Source: Anaeramoeba ignava BMAN
Lineage: Eukaryota; Protista; Anaeramoebae
Assembly: GCA_028826165.1 (NCBI GenBank)
Contig: JAPDFW010000125.1
Coordinates: 1-64,000 of the forward strand
Direction: 5' to 3'
Length of the DNA: 64,000 nucleotides
The translations under genes were made by a program, and so were the position numbers. Below, in pieces: positions 14,101-27,000 of the stretch (positions are counted from its first letter, which is position 1; every line of letters starts with the position of its first letter). The notes below the pieces were generated by a model that saw only the letters and a list, made by a program, of their open reading frames with translations, searched no databases and was not told the origin of the DNA.

Positions 14101-14713
14101 ATTTAAAATAAATATAAATATAAATATAAATATAAATATAAATATAAATATAAATATAAATATAAATATAAATATAAATATAAATATAAATATAAATATA
14201 AATATAAATATAAATATAAATATAAATATAAATATAAATATAAATATAAATATAAATATAAATATAAATATTTAAAATAATATAAATATAAATATTTAAT
14301 TTATATTTTTTAAGTAATTACCAGTAACAAAAAGAAAACATTCAGGATATTCATTTCTTTTGAATATTCTTAAACATGAACCAAAAAACTTTTGCCCATC
14401 TCCTTTTGTAAGAGCAAAAGTAAAATATTCACTTTTATAAAAGAAATATATAAAAAATTTTAACTTGAAAAAATATGTGTTTTTTTTTATTGATTTACGT
14501 TTCAATTTGTTGGTTATTATTTATGACTTTTTCATCAGGAAAACAGAAATGTTTAATTTTATCTTTTAATTTATCATCTTTTTTTTTTGGATAAGAAAAA
14601 ACTACTGCAATATGATCTGAATTATTTAATTCTGTTTCTTGATTTGAATAAGGAGATTTTAAAAATTGAACAATATGAAAAACATCAAATAAAGTTTTTT
14701 GTGAATTTTCCAT
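11116..14713 (-). CDS. DENN-domain protein (DENND1/DENND2-like Rab GEF) with a low-complexity C-terminal tail, 7 exons
   Basis: Exons 14713-14499, 14431-14322, 14060-13849, 13768-13604, 13455-13212, 13134-12971, 12378-11116, all GT-AG and in frame. Motifs [72 protein letters not shown]. Confidence 0.9.
12379..12970. repeat. Intronic (ttaaataaa(a/t)ta)n 12-mer; the same unit fills intron 13456-13603
   Basis: Tandem 12-mers in two introns of the DENN gene. Confidence 0.9.
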
Positions 14714-14908
14714 TATAATTTTTCTTTTTAAAATAATAAAAATAATAAAATAAAAAAAAAGGAAAAAAATGAAAAATAAAAAAATAAAAAAATTTTTTTT
14801 AAATTACTAATTTTTTCATAATAATTATTCAGTTAAAATATTTTTTTTTAATTTTTTTTTTTTTCATTTTTTTTTAGTTTCTTTTTTTTTAAATAAATAA
14901 AATAATAA
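14714..14908. promoter_or_regulatory. 195 bp bidirectional promoter with outward-facing TCATTT initiator-like motifs
   Basis: aaaatgaaaa at about 14766-14776 (minus gene) and ttttcatttt at 14861-14870 (plus gene). Confidence 0.65.
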
Positions 14909-17900
14909 ATGGAAAGATTAGATAAATGGATTGATTGTGTTTGTGTTTTACAATATCAAGAACATAATGGAACAAGTAAAAATATTATTTAAAAAAATAT
15001 ATTTTCTTTATAAATCTTTTTTTTTAAATTAAAATAAAAATAAAAATAGAAATTTTAAAAAAATATCCAAATAATTTCCAATTTACAAAAAAGCAAAAGA
15101 ATAAATTGTAAGTAAAATTAAAAATTAAAATTAAAATTAAAATTAAAATTAAAATTTAAATTTAAAAAAAAAGAAAAAAAATATCATTTCCAGATACAAA
15201 TCGACAATTATTTGAAACAACATATTCATTTAAATTTTCCAAAATTCAACATCATCAAAAAGAAAAAGAAAATGAAAATGAAAATGAAAATGAAAAAGAA
15301 AAAGATAAAAATAAACAAAATGAAATTGAAATAGAAATTGAAGAAAATAATGAAAATGAAAAAACAGCAAAAAAAATAGAAAAATTAAAAAAAAAACAAC
15401 AAAAAACAGAAAAGAAAAAATCACGAAAAATCATATTGAATCAAAAACAAAAAACAACATTATATGGATTTGCTTATTATAGAAGAACACAAGGAACAGA
15501 TATTTCACGAGGAAATGAATATTCGATAGTAATTTTAACGAAGCATTTATTTTTAGGAGTTTTAAAAAAAATAACGGAAATACTTGGGTCATTTTATTTC
15601 CAATATGGAGATGAAGCTATTGAGAATGGATTAGCGGAGATCAACAAATGGCCGATAATTTTCACACCTGAAAGAGTGTATCAACTTCCGTTATTAGGGA
15701 CAATACTGCCTGTTTATTTTTTAACGCCGAATCGGGCGATTATTGTGAATTCCAAAACACTTGTGACAATTCCCGCGAAGAATCCCTTGCGTTTTATTGA
15801 GCAAGATCGGGATTTTTCGCGCAAGTTTATTTGCCACACTGAATTTCCTGGAATTGAAATTAATTTGTATAAAATATTCCATAGTTGCATTTCCTCTTTG
15901 TGGTTGCTTTGGCAGCTTGTTATTACTGGCGAGCCTATTCTTGTTATTGCTCCTACTCCTGAGGAGTGCAATCATGCTGTCTTCGGTTTGATGAGTTTGA
16001 TTGCTCCTGTTGAGTATAAGGGTGTTGTTTCTCAATATCATATTCGTTTTGGTGCGAATTTTGATAGTAATTTTGATCATCGTGCTCTTGAAAATGATAA
16101 GTTTTATACTCAAGCTTTTATTACTGCAACAACATTGGATTTATCTTCTGTTGATTTAGCGAAGTTTCCGAATCAACTTTATATAACTGAGCATGAGTAA
16201 ATTATTAATAAATTAAAATATAAATTTAAATATAAATTTAAATATAAATTTAAATATAAATTTAAATATAAATTTAAATATAAATTTAAATATAAATTTA
16301 AATATAAATTTAAATATAAATTTAAATATAAATTAAAATATAAATTAAATATAAATTAAAATATAAATTAAAATATAAAATTATTAATAAATTAAAATAT
16401 AAATTAAAATAGAAATTAAAACATAAATTAAAATATAAATTAAAACATAAATTAAAATATAAATTAAAATATAAATTAAAATATAAATTAAAAATATAAA
16501 TTAAAATATAAATTAAAATATAAATTTAAATATAAATTAAAATATAAAATTATATTAATAAATTAAAATATAAATTAAAATATAAATTAAAAATATAAAT
16601 TAAAATATAAATTAAAATATAAATTTAAATATAAATTAAAATATAAATTAAAAATATAAATTAAAACATAAATTAAAATATAAATTAAAATATAAATTAA
16701 AATATAAATTAAATATAAATTAAAATATAAATTAAAAATAAAATTAAAAATATAAATTAAAATAGAAATTAAAATATAAATTAAAAATATAAATTAAAAC
16801 ATAAATTAAAATATAAATTAAAAATATAAATTAAAATATAAATTAAAATATAAATTAAAATATAAATTAAAATATAAATTAAAAATATAAATTAAAAATA
16901 TAAATTTAAATATAAATTTAAATATAAATTAAAAACATAAATTAAAAATATAAATTAAAATATAAATTAAAAATATAAATTAAAATATAAATTAAAAATA
17001 TAAATTAAAAATATAAATTAAAATATAAATTAAAATTAATAAATTAAAATATAAATTTATTAATAAATTAAAATATAAATTAAAATATAAATTTATTAAT
17101 AAAATAAAAATATAAATTAAAATATAAATTAAAATATAAAATTATTAATAAATTAAAATATAAATTAAAAATATAAATTAAAATATAAAATATAAAATAA
17201 AATATTTAAAAATATAAATTAAAAAATATAAATTAAAATAATATAAATTAAAAAATAAATTAAAAATATAAATTAAAATATAAATTAAAAATATAAATTA
17301 AAAATATAAAATTAAAATATAAATTAAAATATAAAATTTAAAATAATAAATTAAAAATTAAAATATAAATTTATTAATAAATTAAAATATAAATTAAAAT
17401 ATAAATTTATTAATAAAATAAAATATAAATTAAATATAAATTAAAATATAAATTTATTAATAAATTAAAATATAAATTAAAAATATAAATAAAAAATAAA
17501 AAAAAATATAAATTAAAATATAAAAAAAATATAAATTAAAAATATAAATTAAAAATATAAATTAAAATATAAAATTAAAATATAAATTAAAATATAAATT
17601 AAAATATAAATTTATTTATAAATTTAAATATAAATTAAAAATATAAATTTATTTATAAATTTAAATATAAATTAAAATATAAATTTATTTTATAAATTTA
17701 AAATATAAATAAAATATAAATTAAAATATAAATTTATTAATAAATTAAAATATAAATTTATTAATAAATTAAAAATATAAAATTAAAAAAAAATAAATTA
17801 AAATATAAAATTAAAATATAAATTAAAAATATAAATTAAAAATATAAATTAAAATATAAATTTATTAATAAATTAATTAATAAATTAAAATATAAATTAA

Positions 17901-20806
17901 AATATAAATTAAAAATATAAATTAAAATATAAATTAAAAATAAAAAATAAAAAAATAAATTAAAAAATAAATTAAAATATAAATTTATTAATAAAATAAA
18001 AATATAAATTAAATATAAATTTAAATATAAATTAAAAATATAAATTAAAATATAAATTAAAAATATAAATTAAAAATATAAATTAAAAATATAAATTTAT
18101 TAATAAATTAAAATATAAATAAAAAAAAATATAAATTTAAAATATAAATTTAAAATATAAAAAAATATAAAAATTAAATATAAAATTAAAATATAAATTA
18201 AAATATAAATTAAAATATAAAATAAAATATAAATTAAAATAGAAATTGAAATATAAATTAAAAATATAAATTAAAATATAAATTAAAATATAAATTAAAA
18301 ATATATATTAAAATAGAAATTAAAATATAAATTAAAATATAAATTAAAAATATAAATTAAAATATAAATTAAAATATATAAATTAAAAATATAAATTAAA
18401 ATATAAATTAAAATATAAATTAAAATATAAATTAAAAATATAAAATTATTAATAAAAAAATAAAAATATAAATAAAATATAAATTAAAATATAAATTAAA
18501 AAATATAAATTAAAATATAAATTAAAATATAAAATTAAAATATAAATTAAAAATATAAATTAAAAATATAAATTAAAAATATAAATTAAAAATATAAATT
18601 AAAATATAAATTTAAAATATAAATTAAAAATATAAATTAAAAATATAAATTTAAATATAAATTAAAATATAAATTTATTAATAAATTTATTAATAAATTA
18701 AAATATAAATTTATTAATAAATTAAAAATATAAATAAAAATAGAAATTAAAAATATAAATTTAAATATAAATTAAATATAAATTAATTAATAAATTTAAA
18801 TATAAATTAAAATAGAAATTAAAAATATAAATTAAAATATAAATAAAAATATAAATTTAAATATAAATTAAAATATAAATTTAAATATAAATTAAAATAT
18901 AAATTAAAATATAAATTTATTAATAAATTAAAATATAAATTTATTAATAAATAAAAATATAAATTAAAATATAAATTAAAATATAAATTAAAATTCATAA
19001 ATATAAATTAAAATATAAATTAAAAATAAATTAAAATATAAATTAAAATATAAATAAAAAATAAAAATATAAAATATAAAAATTAAAATATAAATTAAAA
19101 TATAAATTAAAAATATAAATTTAAATATAAATTAAAAAAATATAAATTAAAATATAAATTAAAAATATAAATTAAAATATAAATTTATTAATAAATTAAA
19201 ATATAAATTAAAATATAAATTTATTAATAAAATAAAAAATATAAATAAAAATATAAATTAAAATATAAATTAAAAATATAAAATTAAAACATAAATTAAA
19301 AATATAAATTAAAAATATAAATTAAAATATAAATTAAAATATAAATTAATTCAATAAATTTAAACATAAATTAAAATATAAATTAAAAATATAAATTAAA
19401 AAATATAAATTAAAATATAAATTTAAATATAAATTAAATATAAATTTATTAATAAAATAAAATATAAATTAAATATAAATTAAAATATAAATTAAAATAT
19501 AAATTAAAATATAAATTAAAAAATATAAATTAAAATATAAATTAAAATATAAAATAAAAATATAAATAAAAATATAAATTAAAAATATAAATATAAATAT
19601 AAATTAAAAATATTAAAATATAAATTAAAATATAAAATAAAATATAAAATAAAATATAAATAAAAATATAAATTAAAATATAAAATTATTAATAAATTAA
19701 AATATAAATAAAAATATAAATTAAAATATAAATTTATTTATAAATTAAAATATAAATTTATTAATAAATTAAAATATGAATTAATTAATAAATTAAAATA
19801 TAAATTAATTAATAAATTAAAATATAAATTAAAATATAAATTAAAATATAAAATTAAAATATAAATTAAAATATAAAATTATTAATAAATTAATTAATAA
19901 ATTAAAATATAAATTTATTTATAAAAATATTTTTAAAAAAAAAGTCCAAAACACTCAGGAAAAAAACATTTCACAATCAAATTAATCCATAAAAGAAGAT
20001 GCTTAATTTCCCCAAATAAATCAATCCTCAAAAGAATGAAAACACACAAACAATCATTCTTAGAACAAGAACAAGAAAGCAAAAATCAAATCTTACGAGA
20101 ACATTTTTTTCAACTGACAAGAAGCTTCACACTTCCACTTGAAAATTACTTCATATCATTAATGCCATTAGGAAGAGACGTTGTGCCATTTTATCATCCA
20201 CCCATTTTAAAAGGATTTTGTGAAAAGGAGTTTATTGGATTCTTATTATCAACAGAACCAGGAAGGCATTTAGAAGGAGGAGAAAAAGAAGGATGGGAAT
20301 TAATCTATAGAAAATTCATTCGTTCCCCAAATTTCGAGGCTTGGTACCAACAAAGAAGAGAAGAGGCAATCTATTCAATCCAAATTTACTACAGAAATAG
20401 CTTCCTTAGTATGAATTCTCGTGATATGCTTGCTAAATTAACTGATCTTCAAAAAGAAGATCTTCTCAAAAAAATTGATAATTCAATTCTCGCTTTTGCA
20501 AAAGATAAAGAATTGGCTTCAAAATTAAAAATTTTTAGACAGGATGTAATGAATGATCTTCCTCAACAAAGAATAACTGAAATTCGCAGAAAAACATTTC
20601 GCAAATTGAAAAAGAAATCAAAAGATTTTATTGATGAAAATCCTGAAGCAGTTTTTGAAGAAATCCAAATTCCTGATTCAATTAATATTGATGATGATAA
20701 TAATAATAACAATAATAACAATAACAACAATAACAACAATAATAATGATGATTCCCAAAGTTCAGAAAAAGAATTTATTGAAGATGATAGTGATGATGAA
20801 AAATAA
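14909..20806 (+). CDS. DENND6: DENND6/FAM116-like DENN protein (Rab GEF), 4 exons
   Basis: Exons 14909-14975, 15050-15107, 15174-16196, 19945-20806. Motifs ISFPDTN, LYGFAYYRR, LWLLWQLVITGEPILVIAPTP, LREHFFQLTRSFTLPLENYF, YRKFIRSPNFEAW match DENND6. Confidence 0.85.
16197..19944 (+). repeat. 3.75 kb intron filled with a degenerate (aaattaaaatat)n microsatellite
   Basis: GT at 16197 and AG at 19943-19944 join the DENND6 frame. The interior is almost purely A/T tandem 11-13-mers. Confidence 0.9.
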
Positions 20807-21042
20807 TCACTTTTTTATTATCAAATTTTTAATTTTAATTTTCTTTTCTTTTCTTTGATTTTTAATTAAAAAAAAAGGTTTTTTTTTTTTAGTTCAGAAA
20901 TCAGTTTTAATAATTAATAATAAAAGGAAAAACAAAATCTAAACTTGTTTTTTAAAAGAATTATCTTTTGCAAAGTATCTAATAAAAGAAATTTAAAAAA
21001 GGAAAAAAGAATTAATAATTAAATTTTTAAAATGAAAAAAAT

Positions 21043-22653
21043 TTAATAATAAAAAAAATACCTTTGAGTTAATTCTTTGGATTTTCTTCGTTTTGCTTCA
21101 GGATCACCCAATTCAATACCATTAGCAGGAAGAGCCAAACTGGAAGTCACACCAGCTAATGAATAGGTATTTGCACCGCGATTGGAGAAGCCCTTTATAA
21201 CTGTTGTTCTTCCATCTACGGGTGTAGGTTTAACTTGAGAATAAGGGGTTGATGAAGTTTTTAGACCGGGAATAACAGAAGAGAAGCCATCATAATACAA
21301 GGCCTTCTGCTTAAGTTTTTTCTCCTCGGATTTGCCTCTATTTTGGATCTCCTGGAGATGTATTTTGAGGTTGTCTGTTCCTTCTGTAAGCAAGCCAAAG
21401 CCTTTAGTTCCATCAAAAGAAGTTTCTTCCGGAATTCCGAATTTCAAGCGCGATTGCTGTTTTCGGAGTTCAGTCATCTTGAACTTTTCTTTCCTCTTTC
21501 GAGCTCGTCTTCCTCCCCTGCGTTTCTTCTTGCCATCATTGGGAACGGGCAAGGGTTTGGGCATTTTTGCAGGCGGAGGTTCTTGTAATTTTTCAATATA
21601 ATTTTCCACTTCTTTTCTCAATTTTTTTCCTTGCGCTCCTTTTTTGGATTGTCCGACAAGATCTATTCTTGCTGCCAATATACATTTTGCCGCCACTTGT
21701 CGGACAACCTTTTTTCTGAGCTCCACTGGGGTTTTTTCTACAAGCTCGCAGTCCAAAATTACTCCAGCATAACGAACTGAACGAGCGGATGAAAAACCTT
21801 CCAAATTTTTCCTATCTAATCCTAATAACTGAATACCCGACGCTGGCATCCGAGTTAAAGACTCTATTCCCCCAGATATTCCAATTAATTCTGCTGCTAT
21901 AGAGGTCCCCACTACTGCTGATAAATTTGGGGCTACAACCTTCATTTGGCTTTCAACATATTTTAGTATTTTTTTCTTCTTCTCATTCAATTCTAATAAA
22001 CTATCACATTTTTCAATAGTTTGTTTTAGCTCATCCTTCGTGAGCTTCTTTCCAGATGTTGTTGTTATCGACATTGATATTATCATTACTGTTGCTGTTG
22101 GCACAATTTTGTTGAGATCCAATTTTGTTGTGTTTTGCTTGTTCTTGATCATTTTTACAACTCTTGCATAATCAAGTGGAGATGTTACAATCGTCTCTAG
22201 TTCTGGGAATTTATTCGAGTAAATATCTCGGATTTGTTTGTATATGCGAAGTATTGAATTTGTGACTTCGTTAATTTGGTAATTGCATTTTTTTAAAAAT
22301 TCATGTTTTGGATCGTTTTTAATAAATTGTGATTTATTATTGATTTTTTCAATTTCATTCAATATTTCTTGAGTTTCATCTAAATTTTCAATTTCAATTT
22401 CAATTTCATTTGAATTTTGATTTGAATTTTGATTTGAATTTTGATTTTCATTTTGATTTAAATTTTCATTTGAATTTTCATTTGAATTTTCATTTGTATT
22501 TTCATTTGTATTTTCATTTGTATTTTTTTGGGTAAGAACATCTTTTGGAATTTGTGTTGGATTAATTTGTCCTTCTTGATTCTCTTCTTTTTCAAGATTA
22601 ATTCTTTTATCAAAATTTGTAATATCAAAAAGAAATTGTTCAGCAAGTGACAT
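21043..22653 (-). CDS. PRP31: U4/U6 snRNP protein Prp31, intronless
   Basis: NOP domain (YSNKFPELETIV, APNLSAVVGTSIAAELIG, AKCILAARID) plus the Prp31 C-terminal KPLPVP..KKRRGGRRARKRKEKFKMTELRKQQSRLKFG. Confidence 0.97.
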   Translation of the reverse strand: MSLAEQFLFDITNFDKRINLEKEENQEGQINPTQIPKDVLTQKNTNENTNENTNENSNENSNENLNQNENQNSNQNSNQNSNEIEIEIENLDETQEILNEIEKINNKSQFIKNDPKHEFLKKCNYQINEVTNSILRIYKQIRDIYSNKFPELETIVTSPLDYARVVKMIKNKQNTTKLDLNKIVPTATVMIISMSITTTSGKKLTKDELKQTIEKCDSLLELNEKKKKILKYVESQMKVVAPNLSAVVGTSIAAELIGISGGIESLTRMPASGIQLLGLDRKNLEGFSSARSVRYAGVILDCELVEKTPVELRKKVVRQVAAKCILAARIDLVGQSKKGAQGKKLRKEVENYIEKLQEPPPAKMPKPLPVPNDGKKKRRGGRRARKRKEKFKMTELRKQQSRLKFGIPEETSFDGTKGFGLLTEGTDNLKIHLQEIQNRGKSEEKKLKQKALYYDGFSSVIPGLKTSSTPYSQVKPTPVDGRTTVIKGFSNRGANTYSLAGVTSSLALPANGIELGDPEAKRRKSKELTQRYFFYY

Positions 22654-23054
22654 AATTTTAATATTTTATTAAAAAAAAAAAAATGAAAAAAAAAATGAAA
22701 AAAAAAAATGAAAAAAAAAAAATAAATTTTTATTTTTTTATTTCGTTTTGAAATAAAATTATCTCAAACTGAGAGTGAATTAATAAATAAGAAAAAGAAA
22801 ATTTAAAATTTGAAATCATTTTCATTTTAATTTTTCATATTCTTATTAATTTATTTTGATTCTAGAAAGTTTGAAAAATTAAAAAATCAAAATTTTATAT
22901 TTTTTTTTATTTATAAAATTTTGTGTTTTTCTCGTTCTTTGAATCAAAGTTTATTTCTTCAATTTTACTTTGATTTTTCTCACGAGAAGAAATTAAATTA
23001 AAAAATTTTTAAAATTAAAATTCATTTTTTTCATTTTTCATTTTATTTAAAAAA
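22654..23054. promoter_or_regulatory. Bidirectional promoter PRP31/EEP with triplicated TCATTT motifs at each end
   Basis: Three aaatgaaaa at 22681-22715 and three ttcattt at 23021-23044. Confidence 0.65.
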
Positions 23055-23960
23055 ATGGAATTAAAAAAACAATTTAAAATTTCTTTAACAACTTGTAATG
23101 TTCTTTATGAACCTTATTATAAACGTTGGATTAAAGATCGCCAATTTTTAATGCCTTTTGAAAAAAGAATTCAAGCTTTTGAATTAAATAAGAACTTTTT
23201 CAATTCAAATGATATTGTTTGTTTTCAAGAATTTCCTTATTCAAAAGACAATAAAAACGAACAATCCAAAAATTCATTTAAAAAAAAAGCAAAAGAAATT
23301 TTTCCAAAAAATGAATTTAAACACATCAAAGATCCGCAAGCAAAAAGTGATGGACTTTATTCAGTTATTAAGTCAAGTACTTTTGATTTAATCAAGTCAG
23401 AAATTATTACTTTTGAAAAAAGTGATGATATTTATGTTGGAACAAAAAGAATTCAATTTCTTTCTTTGTGTTTGCATGAAAAACCTGAATGCACTTTTGG
23501 AATCATCAACACTCATCTTCCTTTTGTTAAGCATTGGTTCCAATCATCAGAAGAAAACTCAAGAAAATTATTTCATCAACTTCTTGATATCAAATCAAAA
23601 AACAATGATATTCAAAATTGGATTGTTTGTGGCGATTTTAATTTTAATATTTTAGGAAAATTGAAATCAAGATATTCTTTATTGATTGAGGAATCTTGTT
23701 TTGATCCAAAGAAAGGATGGAAGAATATTGTTTCTGATTTTGGATTTTCTGAAAAATCAACAAGTGTTAATCATGAATTGGAAATGAATGATTATATTTT
23801 ATGGAATTCTCAGTTTCTTTTTGCTTCTTCTGTTACACAAATTCCTGAAGATCTTGAACATCTTGTGAAACATTTTAATAAGACAGAAAATCCTTGGTTT
23901 TATGATGATTATTTTTCAGATCATTCAGCAGTTAAAATTGAATTTGATTTCCAAAATTAA
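23055..23960 (+). CDS. Endonuclease/exonuclease/phosphatase (EEP) family protein, CCR4/nocturnin/Angel-like, intronless
   Basis: Catalytic motifs in order: TCNVL, DIVCFQE, NTHL, CGDFN, NDYI, SDH. Confidence 0.85.
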   Translation: MELKKQFKISLTTCNVLYEPYYKRWIKDRQFLMPFEKRIQAFELNKNFFNSNDIVCFQEFPYSKDNKNEQSKNSFKKKAKEIFPKNEFKHIKDPQAKSDGLYSVIKSSTFDLIKSEIITFEKSDDIYVGTKRIQFLSLCLHEKPECTFGIINTHLPFVKHWFQSSEENSRKLFHQLLDIKSKNNDIQNWIVCGDFNFNILGKLKSRYSLLIEESCFDPKKGWKNIVSDFGFSEKSTSVNHELEMNDYILWNSQFLFASSVTQIPEDLEHLVKHFNKTENPWFYDDYFSDHSAVKIEFDFQN

Positions 23961-24085
23961 AAATTAAAAATTAAATTTCTTTTTTCTTTTTTTTTTGAAA
24001 GGAAAATAATTCATTAAATGAATTAAAACAAAAAAAAAATTAATTGATTATTCTTATTCTTATTTCTTTTTTCTTTTTTTCTTTT

Positions 24086-27000
24086 TCAATCAATTTTCGC
24101 AAGTTTTTTAAATTTTTCTTGATCTTCTTTACTTAATAAACCTTTAGAAACAAGTGTTTGAATTTTACTTTCCAAAATTTTATAATTTGCAATTAATTCT
24201 TCACGAGGTTTATTATCTTTATCTTTTTTATTATCTTTTTTATTATCTTTTTCATTTTCATTTTCATTTTCATTTTCATTTTCATTTTCATTTTCATTCT
24301 CATTTTCATTCTCATTTTCATTCTCATTTTGATAAGAATTTGGATCAATACCATTGAAAAAATTAGAAGGGAAATTTTGTTGAAAAGATTGATTGGGAGA
24401 TCCTAAAGGAAACTGGGTATTATATTGAGGAAAAAATGGGACTGGATAATAAATAAAAGGGAATCCAAATGGAAGTGGATTATAATTTTGAACAGGAGTT
24501 CTTCTTTTTCTGATGATAATTCTTTTCTTTGAAGAATGGCGATGTTTAGGGAATTTCTCGCGGGTTGATTTTCTTGAGCTTTTTCTGTGGTGACTAGTGT
24601 GTTTTTTGTGTCTGGATGAACGATGAGATGAACGATGTTTTGGAGATGTTGATTCGATTGTTGATTCTGTAGTTAAATCTGAGGAATCCAGAATTGTGAT
24701 TGAGGAATTGCTATAAGAATCTGAGTCGTCACTTGATGAATATGAGAATCGTGATCGATGTTTTTGTCTGTGATTCAAATCAACTGCTCCAATTTGTGGT
24801 ATTTGTTGTGCAGATTGCATGTTGTTAGGATTTGATAGTAATTGTTGTTGATTTCCTAATACATTTCCGATTTGGTTCATTTCGTTGATTGTTTGATTTG
24901 GGATGTTTTGAGGATATTGTGCTAAATTTTGTAATTGATTCTCGTTTTCATTTGGTTTGGAATTTTGGGTTTCTTGTTGAGCTTCATTTAAATTGACATT
25001 TTTTTCATTTCCTGAATTTTCTTCTTTTTGGATACTATTTTCATTGCTATCTGAATGGTAAGAAATTTCCTTTTCTTTTTCTTTTTCCTTTTCTTTTTCT
25101 TCAATTTCCATTTCTGAATTTTGATTGGAATCAGTGGAAACTTTGTAATTGTTATTTTTGGTTTCAATTTCTCCGTTATCTTTCGAATATTTTTCATTTT
25201 CTTCTTCTTGATTGCTTTCTGATGAAGAATTAGATTGTGCTGTTTCATTGTATTCTTTTTGGGAATCTTGATCCATGTTTTTCGAAAATTTTTTGTGATT
25301 TTTTTTGGAATCTGAATGAAGAGAGTGTTTTTTACTGTGATGATGTTTCTTTTTGCTTTTTTTCTTTTCTGAGTGAGATTTCTTATGTTTTTTGTCTTTA
25401 TTAATTCGGTGTCTTGTTAGCATTCTTTTTTTTTCAGCTTTTGATGTAAAATATTCGTCAGTATCAGAAGATGTTGATTCATCTTGTGATTTTTTTCTTT
25501 TTGATTTTGATTTTGGTTTTAGTTTTGATCGTGATTTCGATTTTGATTTTGATTTAGATCTTGATCTTCTTTTGCTTTTTTTTGGAGGTGGTCTTGATTT
25601 TTTTAAGCTCATTGCTTTTTTTTCTGTCATTACTTTTGGATCTAAAAGTTTTCTACATTTTTTGAGCCAAATAAAGAATGTATAATCGATTGTTTTATCT
25701 CTTCCAGTTCTTTGGAAATTGAAGTATTTTTGCATCCAAGATTTGATTGTTAGATCTGAATGATTTGAGCCTAAAAATTTGATTTTAATTTTATAAATGA
25801 ATTTTAATTTTAATTTTAATTTTAATTTTAATTTTGATTTTAATTTTAATTTTGATTTTAATTTTAAATTTTAATTTTAATTTTGATTTTAATTTTAATT
25901 TCAATTTTGATTTTAATTTTAATTACCTTCTAAAGTATTTACTCCTGCTTTTGCTGCTGCTTTTATTTGAGAAAGTCGTTGATCTTTTTTAGGATAATCT
26001 TTAGATATTTCAACATAATTACGAACCATTCCTCGAATTTGAAAACTTGTATAATCTTCAAAATTATAATCTTGATCATTTGGATCTGGATTAATCAATA
26101 AAGGATTTTGAGAAATAAAATTTTCGAGAGTAACTTTTTTTGATATTGATTTTAATTTTGATTTTGATTTTAATTTTGATTTTGATTTTGATTTTAATTT
26201 TAATTTTAATTTTAATTTTTATTTTGATATTAATTTTAATTTTGATTTTAATTTTATTTTTTATTTTTAATTTTGATTTTGGATTTTGATTTTGATTTTG
26301 ATTTTGATTTTAATTTTGATTTTAATTTGAATTTTGATTTTGATTTTAATTTTGATTTAAATTTTAATATTAAATTTTAATTTTGATTTTAATTTTGATT
26401 TTAATTTTAATTTTAATTTTAATTTTAATTTTGATTTTGATTTTGATTTTGATTTTAATTTTAATTTTTAATTTTGATTTTAATTTTAATTTTAATTTTG
26501 ATTTTATTTTAATTTTAATTTTAATTTTGTAAGTACGCTCTTTAGATTCATTCAAATTAGAAGGTGATTCATTTTGAGTTTCATCATCAGGATATTCTTC
26601 ATAATTTGGTTTTTTTTGGTCACTCAATTCATCTTCTTGTAAATTAGTAGATTGATTTAAAACTTTATAATCCAAATTAGAAACTTCACTATCAACAGAA
26701 TCGGAATCAGTTTCATCATTACGAACAAATTTAATATTTGGGTCATTTTCATGAATTTCATGTTCATTTGATTCTTCATCATAATCAATTTCTGTTGTCA
26801 TAATTGGATAAGTTTGAGGTTTAACTTGATTTCCAATTAAATTTTCTTGTTGTTCTTCATATGGAGTTAATTCGTTTTCATTAATACTTATGTTTGAGTT
26901 TTCATAAAGAGTTACATTTCCATATCCTTGTTCATAACTCTCACTTGTTTCATCATCTTCTTTGTTTGTTTTGCTTTTTTTCATTGATTTTTTAGTGTTT

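Noticed and set aside
23055-23960. Non-LTR retrotransposon APE endonuclease
   Set aside because: Stand-alone EEP ORF with its own promoter and CCR4-like motifs; no reverse transcriptase, poly(A) tail or target-site duplication.
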